Below are positions 47,601 through 56,077 of a DNA stretch of 64,000 nucleotides, piece by piece. The position numbers were made by a program, and so were the translations under genes. The notes below the pieces were generated by a model. It was not told the origin of the DNA. It saw nothing but the letters and a program-made list of their open reading frames with translations, and made no database searches. Position 1 is the stretch's first letter. Every line of letters begins with the position of its first letter. Source of the stretch: an uncultured Planctomycetales bacterium (lineage in GTDB: Bacteria; Omnitrophota; Gorgyraeia; Zapsychrales; JANLHA01); contig CAYYRJ010000012.1 in the NCBI GenBank assembly GCA_964474085.1, forward strand, positions 7,701 to 71,700, written 5' to 3'.

Positions 47601-48064
47601 CCTAAAATAATAGCGGCGTAAGTAAACATTTGTAATTGACCGTTGCCCTCGGAGAGGTCGTCTTCGCTTAAAATTTCCGGCAAAATCGCGTATTTGGAAG
47701 GACTAAAAAAAGCGCTGTGCAGCCCCATCAAGAACAAAACACTCAGCATCCCCCAAATACTCAAATGCAAAAGCGCAAACAAGCCAGCGATCATGACGAT
47801 CACTTCTGAAATTTTAGCGAGGATGAGAATATTTCTTTTGCTGAATTTGTCCGCCAAATACCCCGCGAACGTTGAGAACAGAAGAAACGGCAAGATAAAA
47901 ATACCGCTGGCTAAGGCCACAAACAATGTGCCGCCGTTTTGTTTTGTAAAGTAGTCAATGGCCAAAAACGTAACAATGACCTTAAAGGCATTGTCATTAA
48001 ACGCTTCCAAAAACTGTGTGGCCTGCAGCGCACGAAAGCCACGAGAGTGGAGAGTATTTTTCAA
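44675..48064 (-). CDS. Tri-domain fusion: MFS lysophospholipid transporter (LplT-like) + PlsC acyltransferase + acyl-ACP synthetase (Aas-like)
   Basis: N-terminal 12-TM MFS region; HxxxxD acyltransferase motif (NHVSYVDAVLL); AMP-binding motifs (TSGSTGEPKGV...YGCTE...GWYTTGD). Confidence 0.85.
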   Translation of the reverse strand: MKNTLHSRGFRALQATQFLEAFNDNAFKVIVTFLAIDYFTKQNGGTLFVALASGIFILPFLLFSTFAGYLADKFSKRNILILAKISEVIVMIAGLFALLHLSIWGMLSVLFLMGLHSAFFSPSKYAILPEILSEDDLSEGNGQLQMFTYAAIILGQASGGYLLQIFGQAPYKTSFVFIGVAVLGFVTSLFISKVPPAGTQRKAQWNFVREVIENTRFVRTNRSVFLSILGLVYFAFLGGLFQPNILLYARNLMGVDHLLASLLLVSISLGIGIGGLMAGKFSDQKIELGLVPLGALGLSVFSMQLGFNYHSYMSVLWTLFLLGVSSGFYIVPLNTVIQFESKPDERGRIISTNNFFSFAAILVASFAIYFLGEVLKVNPAQTFLFIGAATIVGAVYVCRILPYPMIRLIVWILTHTLYRIKAIDKHNVPQKGGALLACNHVSYVDAVLLVVSIARPIRFIMSREVYTTSILRPLFKVGRVIPIDRKDNPKEIIRSLNIAKEALKNGELVCIFPEGQLTRTGNLLKFNAGLEHIVKGLDCPVVPVNIDRIWGSIFSHEGDKYLKKWPKIIPYPVTVSFGKPMPANSSAFAVRSAVMELGADAFKYRLADKVTLPEAFWCEARKHPSKFCIADSSGKKLNYALTLVSAVAISRKINGKLFQEKTIGVLLPPSVAGALVNIAISILNKVPVNINYTASKDSLASTIKQCAMQYVISSRSFLEKTGISLPCDVLFIEDIIASLTNVEKLKAFFMAFAWPAGLSHWFIFGPKDYRAHEKLATVMFTSGSTGEPKGVMLTHGNITSNLEGLYQVFNIQNKDVMLGILPFFHSFGFTGTLWFPLLSGIGAVYHFNPLDAKTVGKLVGDYQTSILMATPTFLSAYIRRCEKEQFQSLRMVTVGAEKLKESLAKEFNDKFGVVPMEGYGCTELSPVVSINLPDYDKTGDLQKAQQQGTIGLPLPGIAVKVVDQNTGETLAAEKDGLLLVRGPNVMKGYLNQPQKTAEVIHDGWYTTGDIARIGQDGFITITDRLSRFSKIGGEMVPHIKIEEAIHAVLSSSEQVCVVAAVPDEKRGERLVVLHTIDLDIASVLDGLKKIGLPNLWIPDADAFRKIDAIPLLGSGKLDLGAIKRQAMEI

Positions 48065-48065
48065 T

Positions 48066-48731
48066 TTAAAGCCTCTGCTTATTTAAAAAATCCATTATGA
48101 AGAATTTGTACCCCGGATCACTGATCGTCGTATAATGCCCTTGCGTTTCAAAAAAATGTAAGAATTTTGGCTGATTGGCGGCGGCAAATAATTTTTCGGT
48201 TTCCTTCCATGAAATAAGCGTATCTTTTTTGCCGTGCATGAGCAAAACTGGTTGTTTGACCTCTGCCATCGCACGCTCTGTTGAAAACTTACGGATATCA
48301 AAACCGCACTCAAAGCTCGCCATAGATAAACCAATCCGGGCAATCATTTTAACAAAAATCGGCGGGAGAAAACCTATTCTTTCAACTGTTTGTAGCGCCA
48401 ATCCATCGACATTTGCGTAAGATGAATCAATAATAATGGCTTTAAGCCGCAAGTCCTCAGCAGCCGCAAAGATTCCCGCCCCAAAAACCGCCAAAATCGG
48501 AATGCTCATAAAAAATGCTTCCGTTGCCGACGATAAGAAAAACTTAAAACATCCCAAGACAATCAGAAAATAAATTATTAAAATTGCTATTTTGCAGTAT
48601 GCGCAAGTCTTTTCCCAATCATTGTCATTCTGAGGCTGAAAGCCGAAGAATCTCCAGTGTCCAGATCCTTCGCTGCGCTCAGGATGACAAAAACTTGAAC
48701 GCTGTGTTATTCCCAAATTACTTTGACTCAT
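48066..48731 (-). pseudogene. Degenerate alpha/beta-hydrolase paralog: the C-terminal half is retained, the nucleophile Ser is replaced (GAGIF), and the N-terminus derives from a palindromic repeat
   Basis: The C-terminus aligns with the 43947..44675 hydrolase (PVLLMHGKKD..GHY versus PVLYIHGAEDW..GPHA); the N-terminal 40 aa translate the repeat at 48624..48688. Confidence 0.4.
48624..48688. repeat. Imperfect palindromic REP-like element embedded in the 5' end of the ORF
   Basis: gtcattctgagg...cgctcaggatgac imperfect inverted repeat with inner ggct-gaa-agcc hairpins. Confidence 0.4.
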
Positions 48732-49404
48732 AAACCAACTCCACCTTGTCCGACACGACCAACGATTCGGGAGTTATCATGGCTCGCTCTAGGGGAATTT
48801 CACCGCCGGTGATCTGGCGTATCATTTTTTCGTAGTGCTGCCATTTCATGTCCCCTAAACGCACAAAATCTGCCAAACGAAGCCCGACGGCATTAAAGAC
48901 CGCCTTATAAATAAGCTCCGAACAGTAAATCTTTTGGTTATCCCACTGATATTGTATATCGTAAGGCCGATTGATAAACTTATACGCCTCCCGAATGATG
49001 GCAGGGATATCCTTTTGGTACTGTTTCTTTAGACGAACAATTGTAAATTTCCGACCGACTCCGTAGCTAATCCACTGGTTAAGCGGCGTTTCTTTAACCG
49101 GCCCAATCGCTTGTAAAACAACAAAACCTTCAGACTTTTTAACAATAATTCCGCAATGCGAATAGCGGCTGTGTGTCAAATCCGCAATCATTTCTGTCAA
49201 CACTCCAGGCAAATGTTGAAAGATAAAATCACCATTTTGCACGTCGACATTTTTTGTATAATTTCTCAACTTAGATTCAACAAGACAAAAAAGATACGAA
49301 CGAGGTGCGGCATTCAAAATGTAAATCGAACCAATAATCAAAATAATGACATAGATAGTATTCTTAAAATTTTTTATGTGCATCATATTTTTACCCCCTG
49401 ACAT
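48718..49404 (-). CDS. YiiX-family permuted papain-like (NlpC/P60 superfamily) protein, membrane-anchored
   Basis: N-terminal TM helix; conserved H...YCSELIYKA catalytic arrangement typical of YiiX/DUF830. Confidence 0.55.
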   Translation of the reverse strand: MSGGKNMMHIKNFKNTIYVIILIIGSIYILNAAPRSYLFCLVESKLRNYTKNVDVQNGDFIFQHLPGVLTEMIADLTHSRYSHCGIIVKKSEGFVVLQAIGPVKETPLNQWISYGVGRKFTIVRLKKQYQKDIPAIIREAYKFINRPYDIQYQWDNQKIYCSELIYKAVFNAVGLRLADFVRLGDMKWQHYEKMIRQITGGEIPLERAMITPESLVVSDKVELVYESK

Positions 49405-49861
49405 TCTCCAGCCATTTGCCCAGTAAAGAAGCTAAAGTCTTTTGCTCACTGACATTTAGCGAAGACAACAGTTTTTGCAAGCGTTCATCATAGCCTTGCC
49501 AAATAGAATCCAAAAGTTTGGAACCTTTAGGCGTAATCTTTAAAATATTGACGCGCCGATCGCCATCCAAGCCAGAGCGTGTCACGAGAGCGTCTTTCTC
49601 TAATTTATCGATAAGCTTAGTCATATTGGAGGGCGTGACAATCAAGCGTTTGCTGACCTCCACTTGACTAATCCCCTCTTTGCCGCCCTGATGCTTAACG
49701 GCCATAAGAATATTAAATTTACCGGGTGTTAAATCATATCCACTCAAATACGTCGTCATTTCGTCGGTGATGACATTGTAAATCAAGACAAGACTATAAA
49801 TCGCTTCTTCATAATGCTTGCCCTTGCCTGTTTGAACCCCGATGGTGTCAAGAATTCCCAT
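49391..49861 (-). CDS. MarR-family transcriptional regulator
   Basis: Winged helix-turn-helix (GISQVEVSKRLIVTPSNMTKLIDKLEKDALVTRSGLDGDRRVNILKITPKG). Confidence 0.8.
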   Translation of the reverse strand: MGILDTIGVQTGKGKHYEEAIYSLVLIYNVITDEMTTYLSGYDLTPGKFNILMAVKHQGGKEGISQVEVSKRLIVTPSNMTKLIDKLEKDALVTRSGLDGDRRVNILKITPKGSKLLDSIWQGYDERLQKLLSSLNVSEQKTLASLLGKWLENVRG

Positions 49862-49905
49862 ATGCGCTCCTTTTCTTTTGCTTAATGTTTACCATTCAAT
49901 CATTA

Positions 49906-49916
49906 ACTTGTCAAGT
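49906..49916. promoter_or_regulatory. Perfect palindrome ACTTGTCAAGT upstream of marR, a possible operator
   Basis: 11-bp palindrome 45 nt upstream of the marR start; no further support. Confidence 0.25.
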
Positions 49917-49986
49917 ATGTGAATAAAAAATAAGGCACGAAACACTTGCCAGCCTCTGGCGGGTCGCGCCCCTACACATTATATCT

Positions 49987-51222
49987 TTACTCTTGCCACA
50001 ACTCTTTGTACATATAATACACTTCCCGAGGCTGGCGCATAAGAGGACTATGCTTCCCGTCTCCCTGACTTAAAAGTCCGTGCCACTCAAAATTAAACTC
50101 ATCCGCCGTCAAATCATGGTAATAAGGATTCCCACTTTGCCACCAATCATCCACCCAAACAAAGGCAAAACCACCCAAAGCATTGCCCGGCGATTTAGCG
50201 CCCGCTTTATGGGCGGCAATATCTTCCCAGGAATCTTTATGAATTTGCGCCTGACGTTCTTCATTAAGAATCCTTGTCTTAGGGTCAACGGGCGGGTGAA
50301 TGGTCCCGTATTCGCTAATCAAAACCGGCTTGCCAAATTTAGCTTCCACTTCTTTCCAAAGCGTATTAAAACCATCCCAGTGGCGATACGAGTTAAGCCC
50401 AATAATATCAACATCCGGAGCATATTCTTTATAAACTTCAAGAAAGACCGTCTCGCCATTAACCAAACAAACCGGATGATTGGGATCTAACTGCTTAATA
50501 TACTTGGCAACCGAGTTAACAAAACGCGCATATTCAATCGGATAGCGAGCGGCATTCGTGTGCGTAAATTGCTCAAGATTGTTCTCATTTCCCAGCGCCC
50601 AGACAAGAATATAGGGTTCGTCTTTAAACTCCATGACCATATCATGGACACTACGCATCATCTTGGCACATTGGTCAGGATCGCGATAATCCGTACCAGC
50701 CAACCACGGCGCTCCAGACCCAATTGTATAAGCACCCAACAGGTCACCCATCATGATCATCAGACCAGTTTCTTTATACATTTGCCGCAAAAGTTTTTTG
50801 TTCGGCGCATGGCTATAAAGCAAATTGCCGGGATTAATCGCCAGAACACCTGGGGCATTGCTGGCATGATGATATAAGCGGATTGTATTAACTCCCATGG
50901 CTTTCATCAGCTTAAAATCTCCGATAGGCTTTTCATTTTTATCCTGTTTATTGTTACGATTCTCATCCAGCCACGCCTGATAAGCCAAATCAATGCGGCC
51001 GTCATTGTCATCATCAACAATCATCCAGTCGCGCATCGAATTATCATGCGAACTTTTTCCAATCTCATTTAACCCTGAGTGGCACACGCCTTTTATAAAA
51101 AACGGATCACCATCTTTTAAAAGCCTCCAGCCATCCTCAGATTTGACGATCTTAACTTCAGCGGCAGAAGCAAAAGACGAGAATATACAGACGAACATCG
51201 TAAAAAACATAAACTTTTTCAT
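49987..51222 (-). CDS. Secreted glycoside hydrolase, clan GH-A TIM barrel (GH5/GH2-like)
   Basis: Signal peptide; catalytic NE and E motifs (WALGNENN; LISEYG). Confidence 0.7.
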   Translation of the reverse strand: MKKFMFFTMFVCIFSSFASAAEVKIVKSEDGWRLLKDGDPFFIKGVCHSGLNEIGKSSHDNSMRDWMIVDDDNDGRIDLAYQAWLDENRNNKQDKNEKPIGDFKLMKAMGVNTIRLYHHASNAPGVLAINPGNLLYSHAPNKKLLRQMYKETGLMIMMGDLLGAYTIGSGAPWLAGTDYRDPDQCAKMMRSVHDMVMEFKDEPYILVWALGNENNLEQFTHTNAARYPIEYARFVNSVAKYIKQLDPNHPVCLVNGETVFLEVYKEYAPDVDIIGLNSYRHWDGFNTLWKEVEAKFGKPVLISEYGTIHPPVDPKTRILNEERQAQIHKDSWEDIAAHKAGAKSPGNALGGFAFVWVDDWWQSGNPYYHDLTADEFNFEWHGLLSQGDGKHSPLMRQPREVYYMYKELWQE

Positions 51223-51231
51223 AAAAGCCTT

Positions 51232-51906
51232 TTATTTTAGAACTTGTTTAGCGAAAGGATAAATCGTTTGTTCAAAAAGAAGTTGGCCCTTAGCCGAAGG
51301 ATGCAAACCATCTGCAGATATCAAAGACGGATCAAAGCGCATCTTTTGCGAAACGGTATAAATATCGACGACCATAACAGCCTTTTCTTTACACACCTGC
51401 GCGATGATCCGATTAAATTTAGCAATTCCTTTCTGAATATCCCGCCCGGGAGAAAAAGTCGCCCCCTTAGGTGTCGCCGAAAAATCTGGAATATTGACAA
51501 CTAAAATCTTGTTAGCCGGCAATTCTGAAAGGACATCTTCCAAAAGGTCGCTAAAATTTTCGCGAAAACGTTCATCCGTCGAATTCTGAAGCCAATCATT
51601 GACCCCAATCATAAGGGTTGCAAAGGTAGCACTGGATTTTCTTAAAACCGGAATTTCCCACTGCTGGGCATCAACCGTAGTCCACCCATTGCGTCCAGGA
51701 TTAGCGACAAGCGAAATGCTCATTGCGTCCGTTTTTAAATGCTCTGTCAAAACAACAGGCCACGCTTCTTTTGGGGTAACGCCGGTGCCAATCGAGTACG
51801 AATCGCCAAGAGCAACATAGCGAATATCCGCTTCTTCGGCGACAGAGAGTTTATAACTCAACGTTAAAATGCTAAAAACAAGGAGAAAAATAAATTTATT
51901 TTTCAT
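51232..51906 (-). CDS. SGNH/GDSL hydrolase (secreted)
   Basis: Block I motif YVALGDSYSIG, plus GxND and DGLHP blocks. Confidence 0.75.
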   Translation of the reverse strand: MKNKFIFLLVFSILTLSYKLSVAEEADIRYVALGDSYSIGTGVTPKEAWPVVLTEHLKTDAMSISLVANPGRNGWTTVDAQQWEIPVLRKSSATFATLMIGVNDWLQNSTDERFRENFSDLLEDVLSELPANKILVVNIPDFSATPKGATFSPGRDIQKGIAKFNRIIAQVCKEKAVMVVDIYTVSQKMRFDPSLISADGLHPSAKGQLLFEQTIYPFAKQVLK

Positions 51907-51945
51907 AAGGATTATTATTTTAGGGGAAACTCTTGAATTTGTCTC

Positions 51946-52929
51946 TCACATTTTTTCAAACGACTTCAAACCCGTTTGATCTACTAAACTTTTTACGACA
52001 AACATCCGTCCGCGCAATTTTAAATGTTCATTCGGATAATATGGCCCCTGACCGTCTTCTGGCCAACTAAAATCACCCGTGGGCAAGCCCCGCGAAAGAT
52101 CCAACAGGACCACACCTTGGGCAGCCAAAGTGTTTTTGATGACATCCTTTTGTTGCGTCATACGTTCCAAAGCATTTGCCCCTAAATACTTTTCAATGGT
52201 CTGCCAGTCAACCGGCGTAATATAAAATATAGTTTGAATTCCTTGTCCTTTAAGCAGTTGGGCTGTGTGCCCCAAAGACTTGATCTTGCGATGCTCCGCA
52301 GTCAAAGGGTACATATAACGGAAAGTTAATTTCTTGTTCAGGTTCTGCTCTGAGAATATTTTAAAATCAGCATTATCAAAATCTCTAGCCTTCCCGACAA
52401 ACTTCTCGCCATCAAAGACAGAAGATTGCTCATATTCAAAACGTGTTATAGCCGGATCAAAATATTTAAACACCGCCAACGGCTTATAAAATTTCATCCA
52501 AAACGTATCTTTCATGGCCAAAGTCAGTTTTTCTTTTTCAAATTGCCAGATAGGCTGCTTGTCCCATTCCACAGAAAAACTGCGTAAGTTAATCGGGATA
52601 ATCACAACCTTTGGACGATAATTCTTGCGCACAATATACTTCGCGTAAGCTTCATAAACATCCATCTGATAGGAGGCGTGGGTGATCTTTGCAATCCGGC
52701 TCTCCGGCAAAAGCCGCTGGAGAAGTCCGGGCATACTTTCCTCGTTGACATCGCTTTTTGCAGCCCAGTTGATCGTGCTATCCCCAAAATAAATGATATC
52801 GCATTTTAATTTCATAAAAGCATCAAGCAGTTTGATCTCATTAGGAATATTTTTGGATGCCGGCAGAAACATCTGGACCGATAAAATCAATAAAAAAAAT
52901 AAACCTAATTTAAACAAAAATTTCTTCAT
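51946..52929 (-). CDS. AlgX/AlgJ/DltD-like SGNH partner protein of the MBOAT O-acyltransferase
   Basis: Signal/anchor sequence; IIYFGDSTI SGNH-like block; immediately downstream of the MBOAT gene. Confidence 0.5.
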   Translation of the reverse strand: MKKFLFKLGLFFLLILSVQMFLPASKNIPNEIKLLDAFMKLKCDIIYFGDSTINWAAKSDVNEESMPGLLQRLLPESRIAKITHASYQMDVYEAYAKYIVRKNYRPKVVIIPINLRSFSVEWDKQPIWQFEKEKLTLAMKDTFWMKFYKPLAVFKYFDPAITRFEYEQSSVFDGEKFVGKARDFDNADFKIFSEQNLNKKLTFRYMYPLTAEHRKIKSLGHTAQLLKGQGIQTIFYITPVDWQTIEKYLGANALERMTQQKDVIKNTLAAQGVVLLDLSRGLPTGDFSWPEDGQGPYYPNEHLKLRGRMFVVKSLVDQTGLKSFEKM

Positions 52930-52930
52930 A

Positions 52931-54388
52931 TCAAAATTGAAAATAGATAAACGGAATCGAGACATCAATCCCGAAATTCATAATAAATAAAACCATGAAA
53001 GTATATACTGCCATACGTATCGCCGGATGATTACGTGAAAGAACAACACGGACATCTTCTTTTTGCCCGAGAATATTAACCCAGACAAGAAAAACAATCA
53101 GCCCCGTTGCAAAAATAAATTCACTGACTGTTAACCCAATATCGTTCTGCCCTTGCATCCCTGGATTTTGAACTTTCCCCCACCCTGCAAAAATTTGTGT
53201 AACAATAAAAACTGCATCATTGAGATTATTCGCACGGAAAAAAATCCATGCAAAACAAACCAAAGAAAATGTGATGAGAGTCTGAAAAATTTTATGCAGC
53301 GCCGGCATTTGCGCAAATCCTAACGCAAGAGCGCATCGCTCCCGAAAAGTTTTCGTCGCTTTGGAAAATAAATAATACAATCCATGCAAAGCGCCCCAGA
53401 CAACAAAAGTCCAGTTAGCACCATGCCAAAGTCCGCTGACTAAAAACGTGATAAAGATATTAAAACGCCAACGCCAAAGATTTGCATGATTTCCTCCCAG
53501 CGGAATATAAAGATAATCACGAAACCACGTCGACAATGAAATATGCCACCGATGCCAAAAATCACCAATCGACCTTGCCAAATACGGACGCTCAAAATTT
53601 TTCATTAATTTGAAACCCAAAACCTCTGCAGCACCTATCGCGATATCGGAATATCCCGAAAAATCACAATAAATTTGAAAAGCAAAAAATATCGTCGCAA
53701 TGATAAGACTTGCGGGACCAAAATCTGACGGATTTGCATACACACGGTTAACAAGAATCGCCAAACGATCGGCAATCACAACCTTCTGAAACATCCCCCA
53801 AACCATGAGTTTTAAACCATGACTGACCCGCAATGTGTCAAACTCATACTTTTGAAAAAATTGCGGCAAAAGATGGCAAGCGCGCTCAATAGGGCCTGCG
53901 ACTAACTGCGGGAAAAACATCACATACAAAGCATAAATCCCCAAGTGCCGCTGGGCCTTTTGCTTGCCACGATAAACGTCCACGACATAACCCAAACTTT
54001 GAAAAGTGTGAAACGATAATCCCAAAGGCAAGATCAGCGAAATATTTTTGACCGGATAATTCCAACCTAACCGGGAGGCAATCCAAGATCCGGAAGCATT
54101 AAAAAAGTCAAAATATTTAAAAACAAAAAGTACAGCGCACGTCGAGAAAATGCTGAGCCATAAAACAACTTTACGCCGCTTACCATTCAAATTTTCGATA
54201 AAAATCGCCGCCGTGTAATCAATGAGAATAAGTAGAGCCAAAATCAGGATATAGACAGGAATAAATGCCATATAAAAATAGCAACTGGCAAGCAAAAGCC
54301 ATAGCCAGCGCCATTTGAAGGGCATCATAAAATAAACAGACACCACAACAGGAAAGAATAATAAAAACAGATATGAATTAAACGTCAT
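52931..54388 (-). CDS. MBOAT-family membrane-bound O-acyltransferase (AlgI/DltB-like)
   Basis: 485-aa polytopic protein with the conserved His region ([23 protein letters not shown]). Confidence 0.85.
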   Translation of the reverse strand: [485 protein letters not shown]

Positions 54389-54407
54389 GAAATTTCAAAC
54401 GCGAGGG

Positions 54408-54989
54408 TTATTTCTTAATCGTCCATTCAAACGAACCGCGGGCGTTGTCAAAGACCTCAATGGGCGTGCCGACAAGCGCGTCCTGCTGTAAACGCTTGGC
54501 ATATAATTTTTGGACCTCTTCAACAGAACTGCCATTTTTTTGGGCGACAGACTGGTAAATAATCATGCGATCACGATTTTCTTCGTTCACCAATTTTGTT
54601 GCCGAAGCATCCGCTTTATCCGACAAACGAATCACAAGCAAACCGGACTTATTCTCGCCAATAATCCCTTTTTCTGCCAGCGAGATTAGCTGATCACGCC
54701 GATCTTTACGCCGCAACGCCGCCGCCTGGACTTCAGAGCTTAAATCTTCAGCCGCATAAGCCTGTGAAACAAAAATATTTAAAAAACTCTGCGGCCCCTG
54801 CGTCTTGGGCTTAGGCGAAGAACCGGTGACCATATTTTCGATATCATCAATATCATTTTTAATATGCTGATAAATATCCAACCGCATCGAAATGTCTACC
54901 TTGATCGGATCCTTCGGGGCCTGAACGCTGACACGCGCACAACCTAAAACAACCACCAATCCCAACAGCGCTATCATTATTTTTTTCAT
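54408..54989 (-). CDS. YdbL-like (DUF1318) periplasmic protein
   Basis: Signal peptide; C-terminal YdbL-type motif (ENRDRMIIYQSVAQKNGSSVEEVQKLYAKRL). Confidence 0.65.
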   Translation of the reverse strand: MKKIMIALLGLVVVLGCARVSVQAPKDPIKVDISMRLDIYQHIKNDIDDIENMVTGSSPKPKTQGPQSFLNIFVSQAYAAEDLSSEVQAAALRRKDRRDQLISLAEKGIIGENKSGLLVIRLSDKADASATKLVNEENRDRMIIYQSVAQKNGSSVEEVQKLYAKRLQQDALVGTPIEVFDNARGSFEWTIKK

Positions 54990-55007
54990 AATCTGTCCTT
55001 ATAAAAG

Positions 55008-56033
55008 TTAATGGTGCAAAACAATATTAAAATCCCGCTTTCCCTGTTTTCCGTCTAAATGAATATCCGCCAATAAATCACCGTCGTGCAAAGATAAGTT
55101 TACACTGCCGGTATTATAGTAATAATCCTGTAAACTTTCCACGACCGTATCGAGAGATGCACGATAGGCGATGTGATCCAAAAAACTTACGTCTTTAATC
55201 ATCAGCCGCCCGCCGAAAGCATCGGCAAAAAGATCCCCGCCTAAAACTTTTACTACAGCTCCCTCTCCTTGCAAAACAATGTTTCCGCCAAGTTTTCCGG
55301 TTATCGTAAATTTATTGGCCAACTCAAAATCTTCAACAAAGCGGCTAAGATCTAATCCTTTTAATTGCAACTTTGCCTGATATTGCGGCAAAACATCCGG
55401 TTTCACAACAATACTGCCTCGAATTTGCCCACCCAAAAATTTGGCCGATAAATCGTCAAAAAGCAAATCCTGATTTTCGAAACGCACCAAACTTTGGGCC
55501 TGCGTTACACTCGCTTTCCCATAAGTCATTTTATCAACCGTAAAATTACCGCGCTCATTGCCTCGAACCGCCCACAAAAGGGCATTTTCCAAATGAAGTG
55601 TTTGATACTCAAACGAACTAATATTCAAATAAAGCGTATATATTTTTTGTTCGAAAAAATCCACATTAAATGAAAACAACCCCGCGAGCTTTACGTTTTT
55701 GTCGGTTATTTTGACATCCGCGTCTATGCACTCAACCTGCGGCAAAAAAACATTCCTCGATAAACCCGACGAGATATTGCTCTTTAACCGCAAACGCATG
55801 GTGACTTTCTTCAACTTTATAGAAAACACGCCGTTTTTTTGAACGGCAACATCCAAAAAACAAACCTCATTAAATCGAGGAAATCCTATACTCTGAATAC
55901 TTATCGTGTCCGCAGCTAAATATTTTTTTACCACACGTTCTGCCAAGATACGCACGACGGGCTTAGCGGCCAAAATAATCCCAGCCAGCAAAAAACCCCC
56001 AATGACAAGATAATACAGACGTCGTTTGTTCAT
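55008..56033 (-). CDS. YdbH/AsmA-family-like membrane-anchored protein (short form)
   Basis: N-terminal TM anchor, repetitive beta-rich body, and a C-terminus resembling YdbH; sits upstream of the ydbL-like gene as in the ydbH-ynbE-ydbL arrangement. Confidence 0.5.
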   Translation of the reverse strand: MNKRRLYYLVIGGFLLAGIILAAKPVVRILAERVVKKYLAADTISIQSIGFPRFNEVCFLDVAVQKNGVFSIKLKKVTMRLRLKSNISSGLSRNVFLPQVECIDADVKITDKNVKLAGLFSFNVDFFEQKIYTLYLNISSFEYQTLHLENALLWAVRGNERGNFTVDKMTYGKASVTQAQSLVRFENQDLLFDDLSAKFLGGQIRGSIVVKPDVLPQYQAKLQLKGLDLSRFVEDFELANKFTITGKLGGNIVLQGEGAVVKVLGGDLFADAFGGRLMIKDVSFLDHIAYRASLDTVVESLQDYYYNTGSVNLSLHDGDLLADIHLDGKQGKRDFNIVLHH

Positions 56034-56077
56034 TAAGGACTAATTATAAACTTCCAAATGAACTTTAAAACAGAAAT

